Shown: positions 12,041-26,492 of the stretch, in pieces
How positions within the stretch are numbered: the first letter of the stretch is position 1
How the letters are laid out: each line of letters starts with the position of its first letter
NCBI GenBank assembly: GCA_021613535.1
Contig: CP075496.1
Location: 6,262,001 to 6,326,000, forward strand
DNA: 64,000 nucleotides
Source: Adineta vaga
Lineage: Eukaryota > Animalia > Rotifera
Direction: 5' to 3'
The notes under the pieces: generated by a model
Told to the model about the DNA's origin: nothing
The model's input: only the letters and a program-made list of their open reading frames with translations
The model's database searches: none
Position numbers and translations under genes: made by a program

Positions 12041-15000
12041 CTAAGATTGAGTAGGAATCATTAAAGAAGCAACATATTCTTCATAAGCTAAACGATCTAC
12101 ATCTGCTGGTTCAAATGGTCCGTAATGTGCAACAGCTACACATCGTTCATATATTCGAATAGTTTCATCCGTAATAATCGGTTCATCAAACATTGACATG
12201 AGCGATTGCTGCAGAGACACAGATTCTCTTTGTTGTTGCTGCTGTTGTTGCTGTTCATTTTCGTTCGTTCGTTTATTGTCGGTAAGATACTATAAAATAC
12301 GAAGAGAAGTTTACAATCGATAGAAAAGAAAGCTAAACTTACATTTCAAAACTAGAAGTTGATGAAACTGATTGATAAGATGCAATCGATAAATCATGAA
12401 GATGTTGTTGTTTATTTGATGTAGGTGTTGATGTTGGCATACATGCATCACGTGCCATTTTCGCATATTGTTCATAACATTGTAATGATTCAGTTGATGG
12501 TTCATCCAAATAGAATCCATACACATCATTTGTTGTTGGAAATATAGTACTTAATAAACGTTTGATTTGCATTGCACTATTATTTGATTCATCATTTATC
12601 GATCGATTAATTATTTTTGACTTGGAAGATTTCTTATTTGACATTTGGGACTGTTTTTTAAAGTTTTCTTCATCAGTATCAGTATCATCGAAGATATCTT
12701 CATCTGAAGATTGATCTTGATTCGTATTTTGAGATGAGGTTGACGATGATGCAGATGGAGGAAGAAGTGCTCGTTGCTGAACATCAGCCATAAGACTATA
12801 TATATATATATTAAAAGATTGCTTTTTTTTGCTTGGTTTGCAAAGAAGAAAAATGAGAATTTACCCAAGACTAGTGATAGTCTTTCGTTGTTTATTGTCA
12901 CGAATAGAAAATGGTGTAAATTCACGGATATTTCCATAATTATAAGCAATATCTCTAAACAAAAATGATTCATTTGTCATTATGATTATTTCGTAAGATA
13001 TGTACTTATTAGTTGAATCCATATGCCATTCAAATTTCTCTTCAAATACTGTCAATTCATCTGGACGATAATATTCATAAAAACCATCAACAAGTGGATC
13101 ATCATTCTTCACTGAAATGACTTCTAAACAGTCTTTTCTGGATTTAAGAACTAAAAAGAAAACAGATATTCGTATTTTATTTATAAAGAATTCATTTTCT
13201 ACCTTGTTCAGCTGAAAATGGTAATGAAAACCAAATATCATCACCGAAAATATTAGTACAACTAAACAGAGAAGAAAAATACAAAGATATTATCTTTAAT
13301 AGATTTCTCAGTGAATTACTGTGGTGACATATAGCCAGTTACTAATCGTGGATCATGCAAATGATAATCACTAGCTAATTCCCAGAAATGTGCTCGACCT
13401 ATTTTTGGTTGGAAGATACCAAGAAATAAATTCATTGCATGTTGTTTTTCCGCATCTATCGAGAGAGAAAAAAAAAACAGACGAAAAATGAAATATAAGT
13501 GAAAGAGAAAATTAATCAAACCTGAAAATGTATTTGAATAATAACGTGAAAGTGTTTGAACAATATCTCGCGATTGTGTTGACCAAGCTGGTGTCTGCTT
13601 TTTATATGTATCAATTCGGTGAACTAATTGACTACCAGCATATTGCTGAGCGAGAATATCACCAGAATGTTCAAATAATTGTTTGATTACTCTAGAATAA
13701 GGCATCGTACTATGGAATTTTTCAAGAACAACATTAAACAACTCACAATTCAACGGACGAATCTTCTTGTAAATGTGGAGAATCGGTAAGACCCATTGCA
13801 AATAACTACAAATAAATAAATATGTTATGGAGAAAACGAGCAACAGCTTTTTTTTATATCGGTTGAAGATATAAAGAGATGTATTACCTGATATCCAAGT
13901 GCACATTTTGCTATAGCAAACATAGCTGTATTTGTTCTATCGAGACAATCAACACAATTGACACGTGCAACACCCGTTTGGACAAAAAATGTTTGATAGG
14001 GAGTTAATTTAATTGCATTTTCTCTACAAAAATTCTTATCGAAATCTTTCGTTTATTCTCTCCGAAAGATATTTACCTATCATAAAAATATTGCTTATCA
14101 TTGACTAATAATGGAAAGTTTTGAAAGAATCCTGTTTGTTGTACATATCGTCGAGCAATTTCATCTAATTTTGGCATAACACGTCGCTGTTTGCTAAAAT
14201 ATAAATAATGTACTATGATAGAGGGAAAAACAAATTGCTATCTACATACGAACGATTGGCACGAGCCATATCAAATGCTAAATATTGAATATTATTTTCA
14301 TCTGGAATAAATTGTTTGATATAATCCAAAGCACTACAAAATTCTTCCGATAAAAAATGTTCTTGTTTCTTCTTTTCATGTTTCTAGAGAAGGGACAATT
14401 CACTTTTTCTTATTAAATTTTCAATGAAAAATTCAACGTACTTTAACAAGATTAAGAATAAGAACTAAAACAAACAAAAATAGAAGAATTATGGTATTCG
14501 AAATCTATTGAACTTACTAGGAGTACCATATCGATAGAAGAGTTGTCGAAAATGTTGAGATGCTACAACATATGTTGGATCATTCATGTCAACTATGAAA
14601 ATCAAGATACGATAAGTATTAATTCATTGGCAAACGTGAAATACAGAGATCATCATGTAATTGACTTACTCATAATTGGTGGTTTTGGTACTTGTTTTGG
14701 ATCTTGACTCCAAAATGCTGGTACACTACCACGTAATTGTACATACGATGTAAAACGACTTTTTCCAAGTGATGACAATGAAGCATCATGAACGATTTGT
14801 TCAGTTTCAACTTCATTCGCTACATAACCCTAATTACTTTTCTAAAATTTTTTCATTTCAAAATATTTGTATTACTTTGCAATTTCCTCCACGTTTAAGA
14901 AACCTTGTTCCAGAAAATCTTTGAGATCGTCGACAGATCAATGTTAAATAAATCGAACGACAGAAAACATTTAAATTATATTGTAATATCACTCCTAAAA

Positions 15001-15941
15001 ATTTCATTTGATTGTTTTCGAAAGATAACTATTCATCAAAACTCATACCATGAACAATAAAAAGTAACCATCTTGGATGGACTTGTGTTCGTAATGGTTC
15101 TTGAAGATATTCATTCCACACAAATTTCCAAGTCGGTTGATAACGTGTACCCAAACAATCATTCTCTGTATGATTTTCACCATTTATTTGGGAATTTTGT
15201 GGCATGAAATTAAATTGTAATGTATGTGTTAAATCATATGTATAACTGAAATAGAATCCATTGGTTAAATCAAGATTTTGCAATGCACGAAGATATCTAT
15301 TATAAAAATATGATTTATCAAAGTTGATAATGAATGAAATCATTCCTACTTGCTTTCATCAGGATGAGGTTTTTTTATATCTTCATTTGTAATACTTAAC
15401 ATGAGTGTTTCATCAATTTTATAGATTCTATGATAACCTATTCGTGCCACTTGACTTCGTCGTGTAATGACAAGCATATAATATCCTTCAAGAAATTTGA
15501 TGAAACCTAATGAAGAAGAGAAGATTATAGTTTTGTTATTCATTTGATTATTTACCAATAATTCCATGACAATGAATTGTTTTACTAAAACCACCCACTC
15601 GACTGTTACTTATTTCGATTGTACCAAGAAGTTGACGTAATTCACTATGTGAATATTCATGCTAAAATCGATAAAAAATGAAAAAACTCTAGTAATGATA
15701 TGATATTGAACTAATATTTACTTGATCTTCGATGATACTTAATTCTTTTTGATCCATACGATCAATTTTAAGAATTCGACATTTTGATCGATTTTTATTC
15801 ATGGCTACCACAATATAACGCTATAAATCGTATCGATACATATTTTAGATGATTATATTAAAGCCTTACATTATGTGTGGCATAGATAGTGAAATGTTGC
15901 CATGGATTAAGTAATGGATATTCAAGAATCTGTGTTGGCAT
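12041..15941 (-). CDS. FIG4: Polyphosphoinositide phosphatase FIG4 (SAC3), multi-exon
   Basis: [52 protein letters not shown], catalytic [24 protein letters not shown] and [18 protein letters not shown] at 15941 (MPTQILEYP), stop at 12041. Confidence 0.92.
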
Positions 15942-16035
15942 GCTTTTTTTTTCTATCTAGAATATTGTATATACGTATTATTCTCAAGAATATAAATATG
16001 GATAAAAAAAAGAAAGTTTTTGTTGCAACATATAT

Positions 16036-17170
16036 CTATCTGTTATTCTTTCTACGTTTTGTTTTTCGTGTTGACTCATTCGAATTCGAATTTTTGTTCT
16101 TCTTTATTGATTGATTATTTTTCAATATCTCTAAACGTTTTTTCAATATATTAATTTCTTCGTCAAATTGATGTGTTATACAAAACTCCAATAATTGTTC
16201 ATATCGTTGAACAAAATCAGATTTTGATAATTGAGATAATTTTCTCAAATCAATTGGACATAGAAACAATGGTTGAGAGAAATCTTCATCTAAATGTCCA
16301 CTACCATTCATTAAACAATTATAGTATATACAATGATCAATACCAAATAAATGTCCAATTTCATGTGTTAATAAACGACATGAACGTAGCAAGATAATCT
16401 GCGGTATTGAAAGTGATTTCGTCTCTTTAATTTTCCAATCATACCAGAATTCTGAGCCAAATGTTAGCCGAGGATCATATCGAAAGAAAGAAAAAGCAGC
16501 AACACGAGCATTTCCTTCAGCTAAACCAGCAATAAACAGATCCGATTCATCCGAATAAAAATCATGTAAAGTTATCGCAACAAGATAACAAGCATCCGTT
16601 GGAATGGACCGTTTAAGAAGTGTAAGTATATTATTTACACAAATTTGTGAATGTCCACTGATTTTATCATGACGTGTACGAAGTTTTGTTTCTCTGATTA
16701 AATCGTTTCTACCCTTCGTTGTACCTAATAATTAAAATTTATCTGAAAATTTTAATAGAATCTATTAATCACTTACATATCCATGATCGTTTTGTTTCAT
16801 TCCAATTGATATTTGTAAACAAAGGCAAAAGTTTGACTTCCATTTGAAAAAATCGTTGAGTATAATCAATTAAATGATTAATATTCAATACTGATAAACG
16901 ATCATCGTCATCCAGTAAGGTCAAATAGATATATTTTCGCACAGGATCATCGTCACCATCAAGAAATGGACAATCATCAAGAAACTCTGCATACGTTTGT
17001 CCTCTTTCTTTATAATTTACTAACCAATCTGCTTCATGAGTTGGAGTTGGTAATGACGCAAATGTTGCTTTGAATTCATTAGAAAATGAAGCATCAGTGC
17101 CAAGTGCTGCATCAATATCTTTTTGTTTCGGTACACGAAAACCTCGAACAAAAGAGATTACTTTTGCCAT
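16036..17170 (-). CDS. Archaemetzincin (peptidase M54) zinc metalloprotease
   Basis: HEIGHLFGIDHC followed by C-x-MNGS and LCP-x-DLRKL. N-terminal DWL...E.GQT. One intron at ~16726-16776. Confidence 0.9.
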
Positions 17171-17313
17171 GTTTATTTTCCTCTAAACAAACGAGAGAAA
17201 AATAGAAAAACATAAGAATAAACGAAATCATTTGGAAGAATTCAATTGATTGTTCAGTTTAGTATTTTGAAGAAAACAACATAAATCTACATATAATATC
17301 TGACATGATTAGT

Positions 17314-18348
17314 CTATTCATCATCATCACTTTCATTAATCACACGACGATGTGATGATCGATGATTGGTACTATTATTAGGATGATCAGTTCCTCTCGA
17401 TGTTCGTTGTCGTTTATTCATTGTTGTCGTTGTTGATGATCGTTCACCATTTTCATCATTAATTTTCGTTGCTTTTAATACACTATTAACATCATCTTTA
17501 TTCCATTCTTGTTTACATGAAGGACATGGATATACAGTTTTCTTATTTGTTGCATGAGATAATCGAAGAAAATATCGAGCAGCACATGATCGATGCATAT
17601 GAACATCGCATGAACTAAATTTACGAAATTGATTTACTGAAGAGGAAAAATGAAATGAAAACTTTTACCTATTTGAACAAACCAAACCTCGAATTAAAAG
17701 ACGTCGACAATTTTGACAATTCGAAACATAATTTCGAAAAACATCCATAATAAATGTTTGCATTTCTAAGATTGCTCGAGCATGAAGAATAATCGTATTA
17801 TTTGGACCACTTTCAATCCATTTATCACGATGAAAACGTGCCATTGTTTCACCAAATTCTTTTTGTGTCATTTTCAAATCATTCGCAAGAATTGATTCAA
17901 ACACTTCACGAGTTGTAATACATCTAATATACAAATTAATATGTTTCTCGCTGCAATAAATAAAACTATTAACTCACTTTTCATCATTTGTTACGACTAA
18001 TTCTAAAAGTTTTTCAAAAATTGCTGCTTCCTTTTCCGTATAGGAACTATCCATTTTAACAAATTGTGGTTTAAAATTTTGTATACATACAAAATAAATA
18101 TCATTTTCATTTTCTTCACTTGTAACTTGTTTAATTTCAATACCATATTGATTCAAATGTTTATTCATCAATGGTAAATATCCTTCATTAAACGTTCGAA
18201 TTTCATCTTTAACTTTTATTTGTAAATCATATCGGTCACGTAAATTATTCAAAAGATCAATCAATTCATGTTCATTATAAGCACCATCATGAAGAAAATA
18301 TTGAATTAATTGTTTATGATAATCTTCTAATGCTGTTGGTAGTGACAT
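17314..18348 (-). CDS. NSMCE1: SMC5/6 complex subunit Nse1 (winged-helix + RING-like)
   Basis: HKQLIQYF N-terminus and LHARAILEM. C-terminal C4HC3-like CQNC...C..C..HMH..C....CPSC..W. Two introns. Confidence 0.85.
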
Positions 18349-18534
18349 TATTCTACAAACATGGAATTTTTAGGCTCAAATTTTTAAAGAACGAAGATTA
18401 TTTCTCAGACAATATAGTTTGTTTATTTATTTGTTTTATTCATGCAAGCATTCGAACAGATTGACGATAGAAGAAAAAAAACAAAGGGAAAATGACTACA
18501 AATTGAGAAAGAGAGAAATAAAAATATTGCAAGC

Positions 18535-18558
18535 AAATAAATAAATAAATAAATAAAA
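18535..18558. repeat. (AAAT)n microsatellite
   Basis: aaataaataaataaataaataaaa in the SOCS-box gene 3' region. Confidence 0.7.
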
Positions 18559-18626
18559 TCATGATATTCGTACACAATTTATGTTGACTAGAAAGCTGTT
18601 TATTTACATATACAGATAGATTCTCT

Positions 18627-21151
18627 CTAAACGAATTGTGGTTTATAAGCGAGATAAGATTTTAAATTGTCCGGTAAACGTAACTGTTTGATTTGTTTTT
18701 GATCAACATAACGTAAAATATGACGACGTGTTACTTCTTTCAATGTTGTACATGTATAAGGTAGAGAATAAACTTCAATAAGACGAATATTTGATGATGG
18801 TTCGATATTTTTCAAAACAGCTAATGTTGAATCACAATTTGATAGGGATGGATAAATATTAAATAAAAGTGAAAATTCATTAGTAAAAATAAATGGAGAA
18901 AAAAATGGACCACGATAATCAATTATACTTCGTGTATGTAATAATGTTGAAGAATTGAGAATATAGAGAAAATAATTTCGTTTCACACGTTGAAATATAG
19001 GAACTAAAAGAAAAGAAAGTAATTATAAATGTCTGTCGAAAAGTTTCTACTCATATATATGAAAATGATATGTTTATTAGTATTATAACAATGAATACTT
19101 ACGTGTGCATAAAACAATAATCAGATGTCCATCATGTGTATATTCTACTCGATATACTTTTGTTTTTAATGTATGATTTGAGCAAACAAGTACACGATCT
19201 TTTTTAATATCAGTTATTTGACCACGAACTGTATCGAATTCTGCTAAACGTGAATGACCATAACGTGGATCAAATGCAAATCGTTGATCATAACCTAGTA
19301 TGTAGAATCATTCAATTTAATTTTGAATTTTGAAAGACGAAGAATACTTACGAGCTGGTGTTATACGAAGTATAGTATATGTTTTTATGTCAAAAATCAC
19401 TGTTACTTCATGTGTTTGATGACTATATGAATGTTTATCTTCATAATCAGGTGTTATTAATAGTTTCGTTCGATCAGGTGATATTAAACATGAATAAGAA
19501 CGTGCATTAAAACGATGTGCAATTGAATTAAGTTTACGAACGATTCGACTATTCCATGTTGATGAAGATGAAGATGTTGTAAGAGAAAATGTTGGTGAAG
19601 ATGATGATGAAAGTAAAACACAATCTCCATCATCCATACAACTACACGTCGATGATGACATCGAAGATAAATAGGGTGTGGAACGATGTTTAGAACCATG
19701 TATGAGATAATTTTGAGGATTTTTATTATTTACTAATTCATTTGCATTGGATATTGAATACGAACGTGTACTAGCCGTATTTGAACTAAATAGATCAGAA
19801 AGAAATTCTTTTTCATTTCAAAAGTTTTTTTCACTATTATTCAATGTAAGTAGAGAAACTTTAGAAAAAAACTACTAACCGACTTGTCGTTTTCCCAAAT
19901 CGGATTTTTGATGTAGTCGATGTTATATTTGTGTTGTTAATGTTAGTATTCGCATGATTAGCAGCTGTAGCAGTTACCAAAGTACATCTTGCTGAACCAG
20001 TTAAATACGAAGCTTTTTTTGTCGTATCAACAAATTCATAGGCATCATTTTGCGTATCCGAACGATTTTCTGTTTCATTTAATAGTGAACATGATTTTAT
20101 CGGCGAACGTTGTGGTTCATTGGTATGATAAGCACTTAATGCTGCTGTTTGCATTAGCGAACTATGCTTATTTGGTATATTCACACGTATAGTTGATGGA
20201 TTAGTTGATGGTGGCGTCGGTGGTGTTGATGGTTGTTGTGGAAGTGGAGATGAATTCGGTCGTTGTGCCTGTCGACGAAAACATTTACATTTCCTTGATG
20301 GTTTTCTTTCTATGGATTCAGTAGGTACAGGTCGATCGAATATGAATATTTCTACCTATTATATTCAATGAATATAGAATGAAAAAAAAGACAAATTCAT
20401 TTATGATAAACAAACGTACTTCATTGTTTCCTTTCCATAATTGAAAGACAATAAATTCGTCACAGCAAGCAATAACACGATTTAAACGATGTATACGATC
20501 ACGTATAGCATTATCATTTGTACGATAACGTTCAATATTTGATGGGACAGTTAATACAACATCATCTTCACCATGTTCACTCAATATGAATTGTGCATCG
20601 CCGAGACGAGTTAAATTTTTGAAGAATCGTCCATTAACATAATAGACTGGTTTCGGATGTAAACGACGGTAATCAAGATCGTTCGATGATATTGCTAATG
20701 AACATGTTACAGTTGATGAAGAACTTGATAATGTCGCCGTTGAACCAACTAAGGCTGAAGCAGATTGATTATTATGACGAATATTTGATTTATTGCTTGA
20801 AAACGATAAAGATGAAGGAACAGAAGTGGAGGTTAATTGTGCTTTCGTTTGAACAACAAAATCATTAGTTAACGATGATGAAGGAGATACCAGTGACGTT
20901 GATGTCGAAAATGAACCTGAGGATTGTGATGGGAGAACAGATGATGTATTATTATTATTATTATTATTGTTATTATTATTATGTGATATTATTTCACAGC
21001 CAGTATCAGTACTGAATTGATTAAAATGACCAAAACGACGTGCATCATAATAAATCCATTTTTGATATGGAATAACAACAATTTTACGTGCACCAAGTGG
21101 TTGGGGTACACCAGGCAGTTGTTTTTTATTAACGGTTATTCCGTTACCCAT
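18627..21151 (-). CDS. Uncharacterised SOCS-box protein with beta-propeller-like segments and low-complexity inserts
   Basis: C-terminal TLKEVTRRHIL...LRLPDNLKSYL is a SOCS box. Beta-strand segments SCLISPDRTKLL and FAFDPRY. MGNG start, plus Ser/Asn-rich inserts. Exons join across ORFs 20318-21151, 19861-20184, 19317-19661 and 18627-18986. Confidence 0.7.
20948..20982. repeat. (TTA)n coding microsatellite (poly-Asn)
   Basis: Run of att/tta repeats encoding the Asn tract in the SOCS-box gene. Confidence 0.8.
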
Positions 21152-22117
21152 CTAGAATTTAAAACAAATAGAATGAAAATGTACGATAAAAAACATCTCT
21201 CTTCACATGCGTACACAGGTTCCAAGTATGACTTGGAATAAAACATATACTGAACAACAAATTTTCTTTTTCTGTTACTTATATTCAAAAAAAGAAAACA
21301 AACAGAGACAAATTTTTTTGTGTCGTATTTTAATTCAAAAACGACTAAAGTAAAGAAAAACAAAAACAATCAGAGAAGATCTTTGCAAAAAAAATTTGTG
21401 AAAAGTCCATATTATTCTATTAAATTGAAATCCACACACACAGTCACACATGAAAATGAGTCAATCGTTATCTGTGTGATAGAAAAAAAGAACCAAAGAA
21501 AGAAGAAGATCGTCACAATTGAAAGAAAACAAACAGACAAACAAAAATTTTTTAACAACACGGCACACAAAAACAATTAATAAATGAACATTGTACAAAT
21601 TCGATACAGAAAATATCATTCCAGTGGAGGCAAGGCACAGATATATATGTATATATGTATATATAAACTGCGCATGATATTGCAAAAACAAATGGACAGC
21701 ATGAAAAGACACTGTACAAACAACAACAACCAAAAATATATAAATAAACAAACAGCACATGAGAGAAAGAGAAAAACAAAGAGACTAGAGACCATTAAGA
21801 ACGGAAATTGAAGGTGGGATTGAAGTGAATTGCACACAGATTGTTTTCTTTTTGTTTCAGATCGATAATGGTTGTTGTTTATGATTTTGAGCTACATAAC
21901 GACAGAGAAAAACATCCTCTACACACACACACTCATATATATGTACGTACATACATCGAAAATAAAGCAGCAAAAGCAGCCTGAGATGACAAATAAATGT
22001 AGAAGTAAATATATATATATATATACGCATGTGGTGAGTAAGTATGTTTACAATATTCGACAATAATATCACAATATGCAAGTAGAAAGATAAATGAATT
22101 TTTTTTTCGCATTTAAT

Positions 22118-25100
22118 CTAAGGTAAAAGATGATCAACACTTGGTAAAGTATCGGATGATAATGGTTTGACAAATAATGAAGGTAATGTTAAATCATTAT
22201 TACTGAGATTATTATTGCCATTCATATACGGTTCAAAATCGCCGAAACTAACATCATCGAATGAAGCAGCAGTATCGAAATCATCATTGAGTAAAAGAGA
22301 ATTTAAATTGGTGTCACTACCCCATGGTGTAGAGAAATCAAATGAGTTAAAATCGGTTTGCCATGGCTGTTGTTGTTCAACAACGATTGGCTGAGATAGT
22401 AATGGCATAGAAATTTGAATTGGTTGTTGTTGTTGTTGTTGTTCTCCTTCCTGTTTCGTTTTTTTTGTTGTACGACGTCGTGGTGGTGGTTTATCTGCAT
22501 TTGTTGCGAGCCTTTTCGCAGGACTTGCTTTTGTTGTTCGAACGGATTTAATTAAAAGATTAGTATTCTGTTCAGCAGATGATGTTGTATGTTCAAAACG
22601 ATTGATCGTATCAATAAGATTATCAACACCAGAAAATGACGAAGAATTTAAACCCTTGAGTAATGTACGAAGTGTCTTAGGTTCAACAGGTCCATTTAAC
22701 AAAAGACAATTGCCAGCATCATCAAGTGTTGATTGATCAGTTGAATTATTTGTATTAGTAGAATTGGTTTTGTTGTTTATAGGAACAAGATTTCGATTCG
22801 ATGAAGACGAGTCTATTACAATAAAAAGATATTCAATCAAATATTCTGACAAGAAAAAAAGTCTTGGACTAAGCATTTGTTGTGACTATTAAATCGATTG
22901 ATCTCAAATAGAACTACTATCTTCGTTTAGTTAAAAAAATTAATACAAACCATCTGATGATGGAATTGATGGTGTTAAAATCAATCGTTGTTGTGCTGAT
23001 TGGTCATTGGTAATCTTTTGTTGAATAATATATGGTTTATTATTGATAAAAAAGATTTGTTGTGGTTGTTTTCTTTCATTAATATTATTATTATTTAAAA
23101 TAATGTGTTGTGTTGACGTTTGTTGATTATATTCATTTATTGATGGTACATGGAGAAGCACCGATTGGCGCATTGGTGCTGATGGTAATAGATTTGTTGT
23201 TTCTGTACAATTTTTTGATCCAGATGAAACAATAGGTAGTTTCTTTTTAATAAGAGATGCAGAATTAACTGATGTTGCTGTTGTAGATAGTTGTGGCGGT
23301 GGTGGCGGTGGTGGTGATGATGATGATGATGTTATTGTTCGTTGGTGTTGTGTTTGTGCTTTTTGAAAAAGATGATTAACAATAGCATTCGAATCTGATG
23401 ATGCACCCGACGCCAAAGCTGATAAAAGAAAATTTGTTGTTGATGGATCATTAAAATCAATCATTAATGGTTGTGATGAATCAGTTGTTTGTTCATTATT
23501 CGTTTTTGTTAAAAGATATTCTTCATTTGTTGTCGATCCTTTAGAAAGCATTATTTGTGTTTGATTTGTTGTACCCATCAATGAAATAACATCCATTTGA
23601 TTTGATGTTGTTGTTGCTGTTGCTGATGATGATGATAAGCATGGTTTTTGAGCAATAGCTGGTGAACGAACAAAGTCAGGCTTTAATGCATTCACATTCA
23701 ATGTAACCTAAATAAAACATGCTTTTCTTTTAGTTTTAGGTTCTATTTTTAATGTTATATTTGATATTACTCAGTTTCTCGTTCAATATTTGCGTTTAGA
23801 AAACGCTTTGGAAAATATTCTTAGAGATATTAAAAACTGACTAAAATTCTCGAGGATTACTTCTACTATGAAATTATTTTCTATACCTGTTTGCCATTTG
23901 TATTATTCGATGATATAACTGATGAAGCTGACTCAACTCGTACACGTTTATTATTATTTGAATCTCGATTTGGTGATAACAACACATTTTGTACACCAGA
24001 TAGTACAGCAAATGTTGATTCATTCGTTGTTGTTTTAACTTGATCAAATAATGATGGAACACGTGCGATTACATTCGTATCCGTTGCTGTTGTTGTTGAT
24101 GATGATGCTAAAATTGGTGGTGTTACAATATTATCATTAATATAACGAATATTATTATGATGATGTGTCGATGGAGATATAGAATTTTGACGAAGATGAT
24201 TTGTTTGTGATGCTGATGAAACAGATGCTGGTGGAGAAAGTATTGATGATGGAACAGGTTGAGTTTGATGAACATCATTAGATGGTGGTTTAACAGCAAG
24301 TGGAGCAATCACTGGCGATGTTGCCGTTGTTTTACGTGGCCGACCGCGTGGCCGTTTCGATGAAGGAGTAGTATTGGCTTGTTGTATAGGTGTCCATGTC
24401 ATCGATTGGCTACCATCTATTAAATATGAAACAAAGTATTGAAATTTCGAAAAAGAAAATTAATCAATTGGTACCAGATATTGGATCAGTATTATTAACA
24501 AAAACAACAGATTCATTATTACTATTTGCAGTCAGATTTGAAGCACATACAAAAACATTTCCATTCGTTCCTTCATTATGCATTCGTTTTCGACGTTTAG
24601 CTAAAAGAATAGAAAAATTAATGAGACAAAACAGGAGAGGAAAAAAACTGATATTTTACCAGGTTTTTGTTCTGTTTCACAAAATGAATCAATACAATTT
24701 GTCAATGTTGCCATTTCTAATATATTTGATTTCTGTCGACAATTGGTACCTTCAAGAACTTGTGTTACTTCCCATGATTTAGATAAAATTGTTGAATCAA
24801 AATTGAATACCTAGCAATAAATATGTTTTATCTTGTATTGATATAAGAAAGAACTACTAAAGATCACAGATGCTTCTCATCAACGGAAAAGAAAAACATT
24901 TTCTTTCTATGCAAAAATAACTTTGATAAAACTGACATCTGGTAGATATCGATTGTTTACCAATGTCATCTATACTTATTTAAAGTTCTTTTCTACTAGA
25001 AAATCAACAAACCTTATCAACAATAAGTGGACATTGCAGACCACATTTACATGATGTTGGTGATTCAAGATAAAGACGAACCGCATCCAAAGAATCAAGT

Positions 25101-26111
25101 ATTGTATTAGTTGGACTAAAAATGTTTACAAAGAAAATTTCATTTTAATAAATTATTCGTCTAGTTTTTCGCTTGTTACCTAATATAAACCACAAGATCT
25201 GATGCTAAGATTCTTCTTTGCCATCCATATGGTACAGGAATATATTCTGTTGATGTTTGACTATCAGGTGACGATTTTGTTGATTTTTTATTTCGTAAGA
25301 AATTTGGTGATGGTGGTCGTGTTGGTTCATCTTTAACAATAATTCTTGTTAATGCTTTTGCTTCCTTTTTTATTCGAGCTTTCTTATTCATCATTGTTTG
25401 TTGATCATTTAATGAAGAAAAATTAAATGAATCAATATGAATATTATAATTTGTTGTCGTATTTATTTGTTGATCTGTACTATTATTATCGACTTCTTTG
25501 ATATTTTTCAATATCTGTGTTACAATTTCCGTGGTTTGTTTTTCATCTAATGGACTACATTTTTTTGTTAAATGATCGTTTGAAGTATTGTTTATGATTG
25601 TTTGTGTTGGTTGTTGGACATTTGTCGTATGTATATTAACATTATAATTATTCACACTAATATTATTTGCTGTTATATTAGTTAGATTTGTTGTATTATG
25701 CATTGAATTTGTTGATTCAATAATTGTTTTCGGTTTTATTGTTGAAAATGGCGATGGTAAACGTGTAACATTAATTAATGGTGGTTGTTGTTTTGTTGGT
25801 GTATCTTGACTAGATAAGATCGAATTTGATGGAGATAGTTGAATCGTAGTATTAATTGTTTCATCTATCTGACTAACAAGTGACGATTGTGAATGAACAA
25901 ATCGTACGAGATGTGATGGGGATACACTACTGCTATTTAATTGACTAGATGAAGATGAAGGTAATACTTCGTTACAACATGATTCAACTAATTCATCAAT
26001 TGTAACATTAGCAACAATCGATGATGGATCTTCATCTTTTGTTGTTAAATTTCCATTATCAATTAATGAATTGTTATATGTTGTATGATAAGATTCCGTT
26101 GTGGTTGTCAT
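22118..26111 (-). CDS. MBD5/MBD6-like protein with AT-hook, largely disordered
   Basis: The spliced MBD reads VPYGWQRR...YISPTNTILDSLDAVRLYLESPTSCKCGLQCPLIVDKVFNFD, which matches the MBD5/6 subfamily (CKCGLxCPL, VFNFD). AT-hook KRPRGRPRK at ~24330-24360. Confidence 0.85.
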
Positions 26112-26479
26112 TTATAAAAAGATGATCACTAGTTCGAGAAACGAACCATGAGCAAATTGAATAATCATATACAAATAAATTCAACAAAACAAATTAACAA
26201 AACAAACATCTGAAGAGAAGAAAAAAACGTGAAATGAAAATCATTCGTATTGGAATAGTATTGTTTTTTGTTGTTATTATTGTTTGTTGATTTCATAGCC
26301 ATAATCAAATGACAAAGAACGCTGTAGTGAATTTTGATTCGAGAATTTTTTTAGTTGATTTTTTCTAAGAATTTATTGGAAAATATTTATTTATTTCATT
26401 TAAATATGAAGAAAAAAATGTTTTTAATAGAATTATTCATTAAAAAATTCAAGCGACATCTATCGGATAGATAAAGGTA

Positions 26480-26492
26480 GTTTCTAAGTAAC
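26480..26492 (+). promoter_or_regulatory. RFX X-box upstream of AK9
   Basis: GTTTCTAAGTAAC fits the X-box consensus and lies ~80 nt before the ATG of a motile-cilia gene. Confidence 0.5.

Noticed and set aside
21136-22081. Cluster of short ORFs on both strands between the SOCS-box and MBD5/6 genes
   Set aside because: These are low-complexity UTR/intergenic sequence (TA, CA and A-runs) with no coherent protein or splice pattern.
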